A stretch of 64,000 bases of DNA from Gammaproteobacteria bacterium (GTDB taxonomy: Bacteria; Pseudomonadota; Gammaproteobacteria; Poriferisulfidales; Poriferisulfidaceae): the NCBI GenBank assembly GCA_026713705.1, contig JAPONY010000055.1, positions 3,227-67,226 of the forward strand, written 5' to 3'. The position numbers and the translations under genes are program-made. Under the pieces are notes generated by a model that did no database searches, was not told the origin of the DNA, and saw only the letters and a list, made by a program, of their open reading frames with translations. Shown here in pieces: positions 27,668 to 37,606 of the stretch; position 1 is the first letter of the stretch, and every line of letters starts with the position of its first letter.

Positions 27668-28944
27668 AGGTGCTGGTGATCGGCGGGGGTGGCCGCGAGC
27701 ACGCCTTGGCGTGGAAACTGGCGCAATCGAAGGATGCGGAGCAGGTTTTCGTTGCGCCCGGCAATGCGGGAACGGCCCGGGAAGCCGGGATGCGGAATGT
27801 GCCGATTGCCGCCACGGATATTGAGGCCCTGCTGGAGTTCGCAAAGTCGGGGGGCATCGACCTGACCGTGGTCGGGCCGGAGGACCCGCTGGCGGCCGGA
27901 TTGGTCGACCGGTTCGAGGCGGAAGGTTGCCGGGTGCTTGGACCCCGCAGGGAAGCGGCCCAGCTGGAGAGTTCCAAGGGGTTCAGCAAGGATTTCATGG
28001 CCCGCCACGGCATTCCCACCGCGCGTTATGAGCGCTTTACCGATTTTGACCAGGCCCGTCGCTATCTGTCCGGGCAGACGGCCCCGATCGTCGTCAAGGC
28101 CGATGGCCTTGCGGCCGGCAAGGGAGTCGTGGTGGCCGCCTCCATCTCCGAAGCTGAACAAGCGGCCTCGGCGATGCTGCAGGAAGCGCAGTTCAAGGAA
28201 GCCGGCCAAGCCATCGTGATCGAGGAGTACCTGGAAGGGCAGGAGGCCAGCTTCATCTGCCTGGTGGACGGGACCGACGTAGTGCCGCTGGCCACGTCAC
28301 AGGATCATAAAGCGCGCGACGACGGCAACCGCGGCCCCAACACGGGCGGCATGGGTGCCTATTCGCCGACGCCGCTAATCACGCCGGACCTGCATCGCCG
28401 CGTCCTTGAGGAAGTCATCCAGCCCACGGTCCGCGGGCTAGCCTCGGAAGGGGCAAACTACCGAGGTTTTCTGTATGCCGGGCTTATGCTGGACGCAGAG
28501 GGAAACCCGAAAGTGCTCGAATACAACTGCCGTTTCGGCGACCCCGAGACCCAGCCGATCATGCTGCGACTGGATTCCGACCTGCTTGACCTCTGCTTTG
28601 CTGCCACCGAGGGGCGCCTGAACGAAACCACTCCGAACTGGGATCCTCGTCCCACGCTGGGCGTGGTGCTGGCCATCCGGGATTATCCGGGGGGCTATCC
28701 CAAGGGCGTTCCCATCACTGGTCTCGACGAAGCGGAAGAGGAGATCGATGTAAAAGTCTTCCACGCGGGGACCATGCTGGACAACGGGCGAGTGGTGACG
28801 AACGGTGGCAGGGTGCTTTGCGTCGGTGCGAAAGGGGATACGCTGGCCCTCTCCAAGGAAAAAGCCTACCGGGCGGCGGAGAAGATTCAGTTCGAGGGGA
28901 AATTCTGCCGAAGCGACATCGGCGCGGCCGCGCTGGCGGCGTGA
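27664..28944 (+). CDS. purD: Phosphoribosylamine--glycine ligase
   Basis: MKVLVIGGGGREHALAWKL N-terminus and an ATP-grasp fold. 426 aa. Confidence 0.9.
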   Translation: MKVLVIGGGGREHALAWKLAQSKDAEQVFVAPGNAGTAREAGMRNVPIAATDIEALLEFAKSGGIDLTVVGPEDPLAAGLVDRFEAEGCRVLGPRREAAQLESSKGFSKDFMARHGIPTARYERFTDFDQARRYLSGQTAPIVVKADGLAAGKGVVVAASISEAEQAASAMLQEAQFKEAGQAIVIEEYLEGQEASFICLVDGTDVVPLATSQDHKARDDGNRGPNTGGMGAYSPTPLITPDLHRRVLEEVIQPTVRGLASEGANYRGFLYAGLMLDAEGNPKVLEYNCRFGDPETQPIMLRLDSDLLDLCFAATEGRLNETTPNWDPRPTLGVVLAIRDYPGGYPKGVPITGLDEAEEEIDVKVFHAGTMLDNGRVVTNGGRVLCVGAKGDTLALSKEKAYRAAEKIQFEGKFCRSDIGAAALAA

Positions 28945-28964
28945 GAAGGCGCTGACTCTCTGTC

Positions 28965-30221
28965 TTAGCGCTTCATCGCCTCGAAAAACTCGTCGTTGGT
29001 CTTGGTGGCCTGCAGCTTGCCGAGCAGGAATTCCATGGCCGCGATCTCGTCCATGGAGTGGATGAACTTGCGCAGCACCCAGATCTTCTGCAGCTCGGCC
29101 GGGTCCATCAAGAGTTCTTCGCGGCGGGTTCCGGAACGGTTGATGTTGATGGCCGGGTAGACCCGTTTCTCGGCAATTCGCCGGTCCAGATGGATTTCCA
29201 AGTTGCCGGTGCCCTTGAATTCTTCATAGATCACTTCGTCCATCTTCGAGCCCGTGTCGACCAGGGCGGTGGCGATGATGGTCAGGCTGCCGCCTTCCTC
29301 GATGTTGCGGGCAGCGCCGAAGAACCGCTTGGGTCGTTGCAGGGCATTGGCGTCCACGCCACCGGTCAGCACCTTGCCGGACGAGGGTGCGACCGTGTTG
29401 TAAGCGCGTGCCAGGCGCGTGATCGAATCCAGCAGAATGACCACGTCACGCCGATGCTCCACCAAGCGGCGCGCCTTTTCGATCACCATATCCGACACCT
29501 GGACGTGCCGACTCGCCGACTCGTCGAAGGTGCTTGAGATCACGTCGCCCTGGACCATCCGCTCCATCTCGGTGACCTCTTCCGGCCGCTCGTCGATCAG
29601 CAGCACGATCAGATAGCATTCCGGTGAGTTGGCGGCGATGCTCTGCGCGATGTTCTGCAGCAGGATGGTCTTTCCCGCCTTGGGCGGCGAGACGATCAGG
29701 CCGCGCTGGCCCTTGCCGATCGGTGCGGTCAGGTCGATGATCCGGGCCGTGATGTCCTCGGTGCTGCCGTTGCCGCGTTCGAGCTTCAGGCAACTGTCCG
29801 GGTGCAGCGGGGTCAGGTTCTCGAACAGCGTCTTGTTGCGGGATTTTTCCGGGGGCTCGTAGTTGATTTCCGAGACTTTAAGAAGGGCGAAGTAACGCTC
29901 GCTTTCCTTGGGGGGACGGATTTTTCCCGACACCGTGTCGCCGGAGCGAAGGCCGAAGCGCCGAATCTGGTTGGGGGAGACGTAGATGTCGTCAACGCCT
30001 GCCTGATACGACACGTCAGGAGAGCGCAGGAAGCCGAATCCTTCCTGAAGGATTTCCAGCACGCCTTCTCCGAAGATGTCTTCCCCGTTTCGGGCATGCG
30101 ATTTCAGAAGCTGGAAGATAAGGTCTTGCTTGCGTGCGCGTGAGGCGTTTTCGATGCCGGCCTGTTCGGCCATTTCTAGCAGTTTCGTAATGGGGGTGCG
30201 TTTGAGTTCCGTAAGGTTCAT
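28965..30221 (-). CDS. rho: Transcription termination factor Rho
   Basis: N-terminal RNA-binding domain ([18 protein letters not shown]...), Walker A ([12 protein letters not shown]), Q and R loops. 418 aa. Confidence 0.95.
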   Translation of the reverse strand: MNLTELKRTPITKLLEMAEQAGIENASRARKQDLIFQLLKSHARNGEDIFGEGVLEILQEGFGFLRSPDVSYQAGVDDIYVSPNQIRRFGLRSGDTVSGKIRPPKESERYFALLKVSEINYEPPEKSRNKTLFENLTPLHPDSCLKLERGNGSTEDITARIIDLTAPIGKGQRGLIVSPPKAGKTILLQNIAQSIAANSPECYLIVLLIDERPEEVTEMERMVQGDVISSTFDESASRHVQVSDMVIEKARRLVEHRRDVVILLDSITRLARAYNTVAPSSGKVLTGGVDANALQRPKRFFGAARNIEEGGSLTIIATALVDTGSKMDEVIYEEFKGTGNLEIHLDRRIAEKRVYPAININRSGTRREELLMDPAELQKIWVLRKFIHSMDEIAAMEFLLGKLQATKTNDEFFEAMKR

Positions 30222-30475
30222 GTCGGTATAGAAAGATCAGTGAAGTGAAAAGTGTTTGGGGGAAAATGCAGCGCTTTGCTGCATCGGGTAGAGGGAATGC
30301 CCCGCTTGCGGCAAAGTTCCCTGAAATTGTTATGGGCCGCAGGGCGAATGCCCTGCACGGAAAGGTTTCCTAGTCTAGCACATTCGGCACATCGCTTTTC
30401 GCCGAATTCGTCCGACCGTCAAAACCTCCAGAATCCGGTCGATAGCAAGATCCTCCTTCCGCTGCGAACCGGAAC
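30222..30475 (-). promoter_or_regulatory. rho leader / 5' UTR region (site of Rho autoregulation in enterics)
   Basis: A 254-nt non-coding gap between trxA and rho, as in E. coli where the rho leader contains Rho-dependent attenuators. Assigned by position only. Confidence 0.35.
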
Positions 30476-30802
30476 TTACAGATGTTCCTCGATGAACGCG
30501 GTCAACTGAGATTTGGACAGGGCGCCGACCCGTTGCCCGGCCACCTCCCCGTTCTTGAAGAGAATCAAGGTCGGAATCCCCCGGATGCCGTATTTCGGCG
30601 GGGTTTGCGGGTTATCGTCCACGTTCAGCTTCGCCACCTTGAGGCGATCCTTGTACAGGTCCGCGAGTTCGTCGAGAATCGGCGCGACCATCCGGCAGGG
30701 TCCGCACCATTCGGCCCAAAAATCCACCAGTACGGGTTCATCTCCGGAGAGAACCACGCTGCCGAAATCCTCATCGCCGACAGCCACAATGTTGCCGCTC
30801 AA
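30476..30802 (-). CDS. trxA: Thioredoxin 1
   Basis: WCGPC active site and conserved thioredoxin fold. 108 aa. trxA-rho synteny. Confidence 0.95.
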   Translation of the reverse strand: MSGNIVAVGDEDFGSVVLSGDEPVLVDFWAEWCGPCRMVAPILDELADLYKDRLKVAKLNVDDNPQTPPKYGIRGIPTLILFKNGEVAGQRVGALSKSQLTAFIEEHL

Positions 30803-30942
30803 AGAAGCCTCCTAGTTTGGCGGGTTGTTCCGAAGTCGGATATTTTGGCCAGATATTGGCCGCGCCTCATTGTATCACCGCCGTCAGACCGCTTTCTGCT
30901 CCCGAAAGACGCGTAGCAAGGAAAGGGGCGCGGCCATGCTCT

Positions 30943-30971
30943 TTCTGAGAGATTCCCGCCTCAGGTATAAT
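30943..30971 (+). promoter_or_regulatory. Putative sigma70 promoter for rpoZ-spoT
   Basis: A perfect -10 TATAAT at 30966-30971, with TTCTGA 17 nt upstream as a weak -35. It lies 30 nt before the rpoZ start. Confidence 0.3.
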
Positions 30972-31001
30972 TATTACCCCATTTTTCAGGTTTGATTAGC
31001 A

Positions 31002-31460
31002 ATGGCTCGCATTACTGTAGAAGATTGTCTGGAGCGGATCGACAACCGTTTCGATCTGGTATTGGTGGCGGCCCGTCGAGCCCATATGCTCAAAAACGGG
31101 GCCTCCGAGTTGTTGCCTTGGGACAACGACAAGCCTGCCGTACTCGCCCTGCGGGAAATCGCCGCAGGAAAAGTGACGCCCGACATCCTGGATCAGCCGC
31201 TGCAGGCGCCGGATGACGAGATCGACCCTTCGGATCTGGAGGCGATACATCAACAGGCGGCAGAAATGGTTGTCGAGGATGTGTCTGCGGCGCATGACGA
31301 CGACGAAGATTTCGACGACGAATTCGACGTGAGCGAGGAGGATGCGGAGCTTTCCGCAAACGCCGCGCCTGCGGAGGCCAAGGCGGAGGCCAAGGTGGCT
31401 GAGGACGCGAAACCTCTTGGCGATTCTGGTTCGAGCGAAGAGCCTGCGAAGGGAGCCTAA
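31002..31460 (+). CDS. rpoZ: DNA-directed RNA polymerase subunit omega with long acidic C-terminal extension
   Basis: N-terminus [30 protein letters not shown] is canonical omega. A ~70 aa D/E/A-rich tail follows. 152 aa; it precedes spoT as in E. coli. Confidence 0.9.
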   Translation: MARITVEDCLERIDNRFDLVLVAARRAHMLKNGASELLPWDNDKPAVLALREIAAGKVTPDILDQPLQAPDDEIDPSDLEAIHQQAAEMVVEDVSAAHDDDEDFDDEFDVSEEDAELSANAAPAEAKAEAKVAEDAKPLGDSGSSEEPAKGA

Positions 31461-31479
31461 CCCGCTGGTTCCTTGAGCC

Positions 31480-33669
31480 ATGCCCGCGGCGATCGAATCG
31501 GCTCCTACGCCGGTTGACGAAACCTCGCCGAACCCTGTTCGCTTCCATACGCTCTGCGATCAGCTTGATCAGTACCTAGAACTGGATCAGGTCCGGCGAG
31601 TCTACCGCGCATATATTTTCAGTGCCGAGCGGCATGCCGAGCAATATCGGCTGTCTGGCGAGCCCTACATTACTCATCCGCTGTCGGTGGCCTGCACCTT
31701 GGCCGACCTGCACCTGGATGGGGACACCATCGTGGCGGCTCTACTGCACGATGTCATCGAAGATACACCGACCGCCCGCGACCAGATCCGGCAGGAATTC
31801 GGCGAGGACGTTGCCCATCTGGTCGACGGGGTCAGCAAGCTAACGCACTTGGACGGCGTCTCGAGAAGCGAGGCGCAGGCGGCCAATTTCAGCAAGATGA
31901 TGCTGGCGATGGTACGCGATATCCGGGTGATGCTGGTCAAGCTGGCCGACCGCCAGCACAACATGCGGACGCTGGATGTGCTGCCGAAAGAAAAACAGCA
32001 GCGCATCGCGCGCGAGACCCTTGAAGTCTATGTACCGATCACGCGTCGCTTGGGCATGAATGTACTCTGCCTGGAGTTGGAAGGGCGCGCCTTCGAGGCG
32101 CTGTACCCGATGCGCAGCCGTGTTCTCAAGGATGCTATCCGGGCGCACCGCGGCCGACAGCACGACCGGGTCGAAAAAATCAGGGGGAACCTGATTCAGC
32201 GCATCGAGGAACGAGGCATCAAGGCGCAGATCGAGGGGCGGGAGAAAAGCGTCTACAGCATCTACAGCAAGATGCGGGAGAAGCGCCTGTCGTTCAACGA
32301 GGTCTTCGATGTCCATGGGTTCCGGGTGATTGTGGATACGGCAGACCAATGCTACCGGGTGTTGGGTATCGTCCATGGCCTGTACAAGCCGCTGCCGGGC
32401 AAGTTCAAGGATTACATCGCAATCCCGAAAGCCAATGGCTACCAGTCCTTGCACACCGCGTTGCAGGGCCCGGACGCGGTGCCCCTGGAGATCCAAGTTC
32501 GCACGCAGGAGATGGAGCAGGTGGCCGAGGGCGGAGTCGCGGCGCACTGGAACTACAAATCCGGCACGAACCTGTCCCTGCCGGCGCACGCCAAGACCTG
32601 GATGCAGAACATTCTGGACATCCGGCGCCTCGCCCCGGATTCCGTGGAGTTTCTGGAACACGTCAAGGTGGATCTCTTCCCTCACGAGGTGTATGTATTC
32701 ACGCCGGCGGGAGACATTCTGCGTCTGCCGCAGGGGTCCACCGCACTGGATTTCGCGTATGCGGTCCATTCCGGTGTCGGCAACGCCTGCGTCGGGGTGA
32801 AAATCGACCGCATTGCCTCTCCCCTGAGTACGGAACTGAGCAGCGGGCAGACGGTCGAGATCCTGACCGCCTCACACGGCAAGCCTTCTCCGGCCTGGCT
32901 GGATTTCGTTGTGACGGCCAAGGCTCGCTCGTCCATTCGCCAGTATCTGAAGGGCTTGAAAGAGGAGCAGGCGGAGGAATTGGGTATGCGGTTGTTGGAC
33001 AAGGCGTTGTCCCGTTTCGAAGAGACCTTCAAGGAACTGCCGGGTGAGCAGGTGTCGGAAGCACTCGAGACCATGGAGGTGGAGGATGCCCAGCAACTGT
33101 TCCGAGACATTGGGCTGGGTCGCCTGATGGCGCCGATCGTGGCGCATCAGTTGATGGGATCGGAGGAATCTCCTCGGCGTTCGACTCGTTGGTTGGGTCG
33201 CATGTTGGGGCGGAAGCAGGATCAGCCCGTTGCGCTGCAGGGCACGGAGGGAATGGCGGTCACGTTTGCCAAATGTTGTCGACCAATCCCGGGCGACACG
33301 GTTACCGGCATCGCTTCGGTCGGACAGGGACTGGTCATCCACCGCGGCAACTGTCCGAACCTCAAACGGTTCCGCAAGTCTCCAGAGCAGTGGATTCCCT
33401 GCGAATGGGCGGAAAAGGTGGATGGCGAGTATCCGGTTTCGATCCGGGTCTCCACCAAGAACCGCCGAGGGTTGCTGGCCCGCGTCGCCGCTGCCATTGC
33501 CGAGGAGGGAAGCAACATCGCGGGGGTCAATCTGGACGAGGCGCAGGGCACGGCCAATATCAACATGAGATTCATCTTGAACGTCCGCGACCGGATTCAT
33601 CTGGCGGCGATCATCAAGGCGGTTCGGCGGCTGCCCGACGTGCACAAGGTAGTGCGCCTGTCGGGTTAG
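31480..33669 (+). CDS. spoT: Bifunctional (p)ppGpp synthetase/hydrolase
   Basis: HD hydrolase domain (HD motif in LLHDVIEDT), synthetase domain, TGS and C-terminal ACT domain. 729 aa; rpoZ-spoT synteny. Confidence 0.9.
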   Translation: MPAAIESAPTPVDETSPNPVRFHTLCDQLDQYLELDQVRRVYRAYIFSAERHAEQYRLSGEPYITHPLSVACTLADLHLDGDTIVAALLHDVIEDTPTARDQIRQEFGEDVAHLVDGVSKLTHLDGVSRSEAQAANFSKMMLAMVRDIRVMLVKLADRQHNMRTLDVLPKEKQQRIARETLEVYVPITRRLGMNVLCLELEGRAFEALYPMRSRVLKDAIRAHRGRQHDRVEKIRGNLIQRIEERGIKAQIEGREKSVYSIYSKMREKRLSFNEVFDVHGFRVIVDTADQCYRVLGIVHGLYKPLPGKFKDYIAIPKANGYQSLHTALQGPDAVPLEIQVRTQEMEQVAEGGVAAHWNYKSGTNLSLPAHAKTWMQNILDIRRLAPDSVEFLEHVKVDLFPHEVYVFTPAGDILRLPQGSTALDFAYAVHSGVGNACVGVKIDRIASPLSTELSSGQTVEILTASHGKPSPAWLDFVVTAKARSSIRQYLKGLKEEQAEELGMRLLDKALSRFEETFKELPGEQVSEALETMEVEDAQQLFRDIGLGRLMAPIVAHQLMGSEESPRRSTRWLGRMLGRKQDQPVALQGTEGMAVTFAKCCRPIPGDTVTGIASVGQGLVIHRGNCPNLKRFRKSPEQWIPCEWAEKVDGEYPVSIRVSTKNRRGLLARVAAAIAEEGSNIAGVNLDEAQGTANINMRFILNVRDRIHLAAIIKAVRRLPDVHKVVRLSG

Positions 33670-33698
33670 ATGCAAGTCGGGGGGAGCCCTTCCGGCCC

Positions 33699-33820
33699 CA
33701 GACTTTACATAATTTAAAAAACTTTACATTTCTCAAGTCTTTACAAATAAAACCATTTATTATCAAAGACTTGAATGGCAAAAAAATGGTCTAAAAAAAC
33801 TGACCATTTTCCCTTGCATC
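33699..33820 (+). repeat. AT-rich repeated regulatory element, copy A (3x CTTTACA direct repeats + IR AAAATGGTC-N10-GACCATTTT)
   Basis: Three CTTTACA repeats at ~33705, 33724 and 33741, and the inverted repeat at 33785-33812. About 80% identical to copy B at 47478-47600. Confidence 0.7.
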
Positions 33821-33974
33821 GGGGAATGGTTTTCGGGTACAACAGGGGCTTCCGCCATTTCGACCCAGAGGTGTTATATTTATGGCTGCGCCCCATCAGA
33901 CTCCGGAGATTGAATCTTCCGCAACCGCTTCGGTCTCCAAGCGTCCAGGCATTCGGGAGCACAGGAAACATCCT

Positions 33975-34313
33975 ATGTTCGATACCCTGCAAGTCACCAA
34001 CGACCTGAAAAGAGGCGGACTGGCTGAACCGCAAGCAGAGGCGATAGTCTCCGCGTTCAGCACCGTCTTCCAGGACATGGTGACGAAAGACGACCTGAAG
34101 GCTGCCTTGAAAGACTACCCGACGAGAGAAGAATTGAGGGCCGAAGTGAAGGCCGCTTTGGAAGGCTATCCGACGAGGGCCGGAATAGAGAAAGGATTCA
34201 AGGATTTCTATCGCCGGTTTGTGTATATTGCAGTCGCTATTGTTGGCGTCAATGCGACGGTCACGGCCATGTTGTTCGGGGCTTTCAGCATGATGATCCG
34301 CTCTCATCTGTGA
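33975..34313 (+). CDS. DUF1640-like (CCDC90-like) small coiled-coil protein with C-terminal TM helix, paralog A
   Basis: MFDTLQVTNDLKRGGLAEPQAEAIVSAF...TKDDLKAALKDYPTREELRAEVKAALEGYPT, with a hydrophobic C-terminus. Paralogous to 34786..35013 and 59967..60479. The track start at 33882 lies over a non-coding block that is conserved upstream of paralog B, so the ATG at 33975 is preferred. Confidence 0.55.
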   Translation: MFDTLQVTNDLKRGGLAEPQAEAIVSAFSTVFQDMVTKDDLKAALKDYPTREELRAEVKAALEGYPTRAGIEKGFKDFYRRFVYIAVAIVGVNATVTAMLFGAFSMMIRSHL

Positions 34314-34320
34314 GCGTGAT

Positions 34321-34501
34321 AGACGTCATTGCCGAGGAAGGGAGCAGCATTGCGGGGGTTAATCTGGACGAGGCGCAGGGCACGGCCAATATCAACATGA
34401 GATTCATCCTGAACGTCCGCGACCGGATTCATCTGGCGGCGATCATCAAGGCGGTCCGGCGGCTGCCCGACGTGCACAAGGTGGTGCGCTTGTCGGGTTA
34501 G
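34321..34501 (+). pseudogene. Duplicated fragment of spoT 3' end (ACT domain, last ~60 codons)
   Basis: Near-identical direct repeat of 33490-33669 at nucleotide level. Encodes IAEEGSSIAGVNLDEAQGTANINMRFILNVRDRIHLAAIIKAVRRLPDVHKVVRLSG, which equals the SpoT C-terminus. There is no upstream gene body. Confidence 0.8.
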
Positions 34502-34505
34502 GTGT

Positions 34506-34640
34506 AAATTGCAAGAAAGAAACTTTACATTTCTAAAACCATTACAAATAAAAATTTTATTTATCAATATTTTATATTAGATAAAGGCAGTTATAAAAAC
34601 CGGCTGTTTTTCCTAAAATTGAAAGAAAGTTATACATCAC
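34506..34640 (+). repeat. Degenerate copy C of the AT-rich repeated element
   Basis: AAACTTTACATTTCTAAAACCATTACAAATAAAA...AACCGGCTGTTTTTCC aligns with copy A, including a decayed inverted repeat. The downstream block CAGAGGTGTTATATTTAT (34662-34679) is also shared with copy A (33866-33883). Confidence 0.5.
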
Positions 34641-34785
34641 AATAGATGTGCCAACTATTCTAATCAGAGGTGTTATATTTATAGTTAGCCCTACTAGGTT
34701 CTGAAGGCGGAACCTGTCGAACCTATAATTTCAATTGCTTTGGTTTCGAATGACTAGACATACGGAATCATAAGGAGAAATTACT

Positions 34786-35013
34786 GTGCTCAACATTTAC
34801 CGGGTTGCCTATGATCTGGAAAAAAGTGGGTTCACCGAGTCGCAGGCCGAAGCGGTGGTCTCCGCCTTGAAGGACATTCAGAAAGACCGCCCAACAAAAC
34901 TCGACGTAAAGGCTGATCTGGCTACTTTAGAGGCGCGCCTGATTTTTGGGTTTGGTTTAGCGATAGTCATCCTCGAGACTGTGGTTATCGCTTTGGTTAT
35001 CAGGGTGTTGTGA
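34786..35013 (+). CDS. DUF1640-like small coiled-coil/TM protein, paralog B (GTG start)
   Basis: SD AAGGAG 8 nt upstream of the GTG. YDLEKSGFTESQAEAVVSAL...PTKLDVKADLATLEARL with a C-terminal TM helix. 75 aa. Confidence 0.5.
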   Translation: MLNIYRVAYDLEKSGFTESQAEAVVSALKDIQKDRPTKLDVKADLATLEARLIFGFGLAIVILETVVIALVIRVL

Positions 35014-35081
35014 GGGTCTGAAGAAAGAAGCGCAAATCGCTTCTTGCGTATAATCCCGGCGAATCTTCTACTTTCTAGCGA

Positions 35082-35468
35082 ATGGCCACCGAACCGATCA
35101 GCACGCCCGATGCGCCCGACGCCATCGGCACCTACTCCCAGGCAGTCCGAAGCGGAGACTGGGTATTTCTGTCCGGCCAGATTCCCTTGGAGCCTCAGAC
35201 CATGCAAATGGTCGAAGGGGATATGCGTGCACAGATCCAAAGAGTTTTCGATAATCTCGGCGCGGTTGCTAGTGCCAGCGGCGGCAGTCTAGCTGATTGC
35301 GTCAAGCTGACGGTATACCTGACCGACCTGAGTCATTTTCCGCTGGTCAACGAAGTGATGGCGGAATATTTCTCTGAGCCGTACCCGGCACGTGCGGCAG
35401 TGGGCGTGGCGGCGCTCCCGAAGGGTGCGGCGGTCGAGATGGATGCGATTCTGAATTTAGGCGCCTGA
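35082..35468 (+). CDS. ridA: RidA family reactive-intermediate deaminase (YjgF/TdcF-like)
   Basis: 128 aa. Conserved YjgF core (GTYSQAV...VFLSGQIP..., C-terminal [22 protein letters not shown]). Confidence 0.8.
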   Translation: MATEPISTPDAPDAIGTYSQAVRSGDWVFLSGQIPLEPQTMQMVEGDMRAQIQRVFDNLGAVASASGGSLADCVKLTVYLTDLSHFPLVNEVMAEYFSEPYPARAAVGVAALPKGAAVEMDAILNLGA

Positions 35469-35479
35469 CTCCGGCCCGG

Positions 35480-37588
35480 ATGACCCGGACTGATTCACCC
35501 GCTCCCGACCCAGCAGTAGCGGCGCTTCGGGCATTGTCCGGCGTCGGTCCCCGAGTATGCGAGAAGCTTGCGCGGTTGGGCATTACCCGGATCGATCACC
35601 TGCTGCTGCATCTGCCCCGGACTTACGAGGATCGGACCCAGTTGGTGTCTCTGGATGCCCTGCGCCCGGGCATCCGCTGCATGGTCGAGGGAATTGTGCA
35701 GGATGCCCGCGTGGAGTTCTACGGTGGGCGCAGGTTGCGGGTGAAACTGGCCGACGACTCTCCGGGCATGCTGGAGTTGTGCTTCATGCGCTTCAGCACT
35801 TTCCAGCAGGAACAACTAACCCCGGGGGCACGGGTGCGTTGTTTCGGGGAAGTCAAGCTATGGCGCCGCTCTTTCCGGATGTTCCATCCGGAGTACGAAC
35901 CTGTCACGCCCGACACTTCTCCCGGTGCTGCAGCTAGTCTGACTCCGGTGTATCCAGCGACGGAGGGGCTCGCGCAGATCTCCCTGCGCAAATTGATTCG
36001 CCGCGCATTGGAGTGGGCCGAAGCCCATCCGGCGCAACTGGAACACCCGGCTTGGGAAGATCTGTTCAGAAGTCAGGGTCTGCCCGGCTTCACCGAAGCG
36101 CTGCGTCACCTCCATGAGCCGGATGTAGGACTGAGTGTGGAGAGTCTGCTTTCGGAATCCGAGCCGGCCCGCCAACGGCTGATCGTGGAGGAACTGGCCG
36201 CATACCATCTAAGCTTTATCCGTTTGCGCAACCGGGCGGAACAACGGCCGGCAGATTCGTTTTCAGGTGGCGACGAACTGATTCGCCGGTTTCTGGAACG
36301 CCTGCCTTTCCCGCTGACCCGGGCGCAGGAGAGGGTGATCGAGGAAATCCGGCAGGATTTGGCCCGGAACCATCCCATGATGCGTCTGCTGCAGGGTGAT
36401 GTTGGCTCCGGCAAGACCATCGTGGCGCTGGTTGCCGCGTTGTGCGTCACCGCCTCGGATGCACAGGTGGCGGTGATGGCCCCCACTGAACTGTTGGCCG
36501 AGCAGCATTACCGCAGTTTTTGGGAATGGTTGTTTCCGTTGAACATCCCGGTGGCGTTCTTGTCGAGCAGCCAGACCCGCAAGAAGAGAGAAGAAGAAAA
36601 AGCGCGCATCCGAAGCCACGAGGCCCGCATCGTAATCGGCACGCATGCCCTGATCCAGGAGGATGTGAGTTTCGATCGACTAGGCCTGCTGATCATCGAC
36701 GAGCAGCATCGGTTCGGGGTTCATCAGCGTTTGGCCCTGCGGCGCAAGGGAGAAGATGAAAAAACCTATCCACACCAGTTGATCATGACGGCGACTCCGA
36801 TCCCGCGCAGCCTGGCCATGACGTTCTACGCTGATTTGGATGCATCGATCCTGGATGAGATGCCTCCGGGCCGCAAGCCGGTTCAGACTGCCGTCATGGC
36901 GGAAGATCGACGGGATGAACTGATGCAACGGATCCGGGAGGCCTGTCAGGAGGGGCGACAGGCGTATTGGGTCTGCACGCTGGTGGAAGAATCCGAGGTG
37001 TTGCAGTGCGAGGCGGCGGAAAGCACCTGGGGTCGGCTTCGCCAGGCGTTGCCCGAGCTTGAGGTGGGGCTGATACACGGCCGGATGAAAGCGCTGGACA
37101 AAGATCAGGTCATGCAGCGTTTCAAGAATGGGGAGGTCCAGCTTCTGGTGGCGACCACGGTCATCGAAGTGGGCGTCGACGTCCCGAATGCCTCGCTGAT
37201 GGTGATCGAGAACGCGGAGCGCCTGGGGTTGGCGCAGCTGCATCAACTTCGCGGGCGGGTCGGGCGGAGTTCCGAACAGAGCAGTTGCGTGTTGCTGTAC
37301 AAGTCGCCGTTGTCGGAAAATGCCCGTACTCGCATCCAGATTATGCGGGAGACGACCGATGGGTTCGAGATTGCGCGGCGGGACCTTCGTCTGCGCGGAC
37401 CAGGCCAGTTGCTCGGGGCTCGTCAGGCTGGAGAAATGGTGTTTCGGGTGGCAGATCTTTCGCGGGATGAGCAACAGTTGCAGCGGGTGCAGCGAATCGC
37501 CCAAGACTTCCTCCGGAAGGATCCGGAAGCAGTGGAACCGATCATGGAACGCTGGCTCGGGGATTCCCGGAACCTTGGGTCTGTCTGA
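35480..37588 (+). CDS. recG: ATP-dependent DNA helicase RecG
   Basis: Wedge domain, then SF2 helicase motifs (GDVGSGKT, DEQHRFG, TATPIPR, QLHQLRGRVGR). 702 aa; downstream of spoT as in many gammaproteobacteria. Confidence 0.9.
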   Translation: MTRTDSPAPDPAVAALRALSGVGPRVCEKLARLGITRIDHLLLHLPRTYEDRTQLVSLDALRPGIRCMVEGIVQDARVEFYGGRRLRVKLADDSPGMLELCFMRFSTFQQEQLTPGARVRCFGEVKLWRRSFRMFHPEYEPVTPDTSPGAAASLTPVYPATEGLAQISLRKLIRRALEWAEAHPAQLEHPAWEDLFRSQGLPGFTEALRHLHEPDVGLSVESLLSESEPARQRLIVEELAAYHLSFIRLRNRAEQRPADSFSGGDELIRRFLERLPFPLTRAQERVIEEIRQDLARNHPMMRLLQGDVGSGKTIVALVAALCVTASDAQVAVMAPTELLAEQHYRSFWEWLFPLNIPVAFLSSSQTRKKREEEKARIRSHEARIVIGTHALIQEDVSFDRLGLLIIDEQHRFGVHQRLALRRKGEDEKTYPHQLIMTATPIPRSLAMTFYADLDASILDEMPPGRKPVQTAVMAEDRRDELMQRIREACQEGRQAYWVCTLVEESEVLQCEAAESTWGRLRQALPELEVGLIHGRMKALDKDQVMQRFKNGEVQLLVATTVIEVGVDVPNASLMVIENAERLGLAQLHQLRGRVGRSSEQSSCVLLYKSPLSENARTRIQIMRETTDGFEIARRDLRLRGPGQLLGARQAGEMVFRVADLSRDEQQLQRVQRIAQDFLRKDPEAVEPIMERWLGDSRNLGSV

Positions 37589-37606
37589 GGTCGAGGGTGT
37601 GTGGCC

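Noticed and set aside
28945-28977. Possible bidirectional terminator between purD and rho
   Set aside because: The imperfect inverted repeat (GAAGGCGCT...AGCGCTTC) overlaps the rho stop codon, has a bulge and lacks a U-tract. Too weak to call.
33775-34008. 77-aa ORF overlapping element A and the DUF1640 gene
   Set aside because: It lies across the AT-rich repeated element and in an alternative frame of the DUF1640 gene. Lys-rich translation of the A-tracts; not credible.
34310-34501. 63-aa ORF reported as a separate gene
   Set aside because: It is an exact duplicate of the SpoT C-terminal ACT segment with no promoter or RBS context. It is treated as a spoT 3'-end fragment (att-like repeat), not a functional gene.
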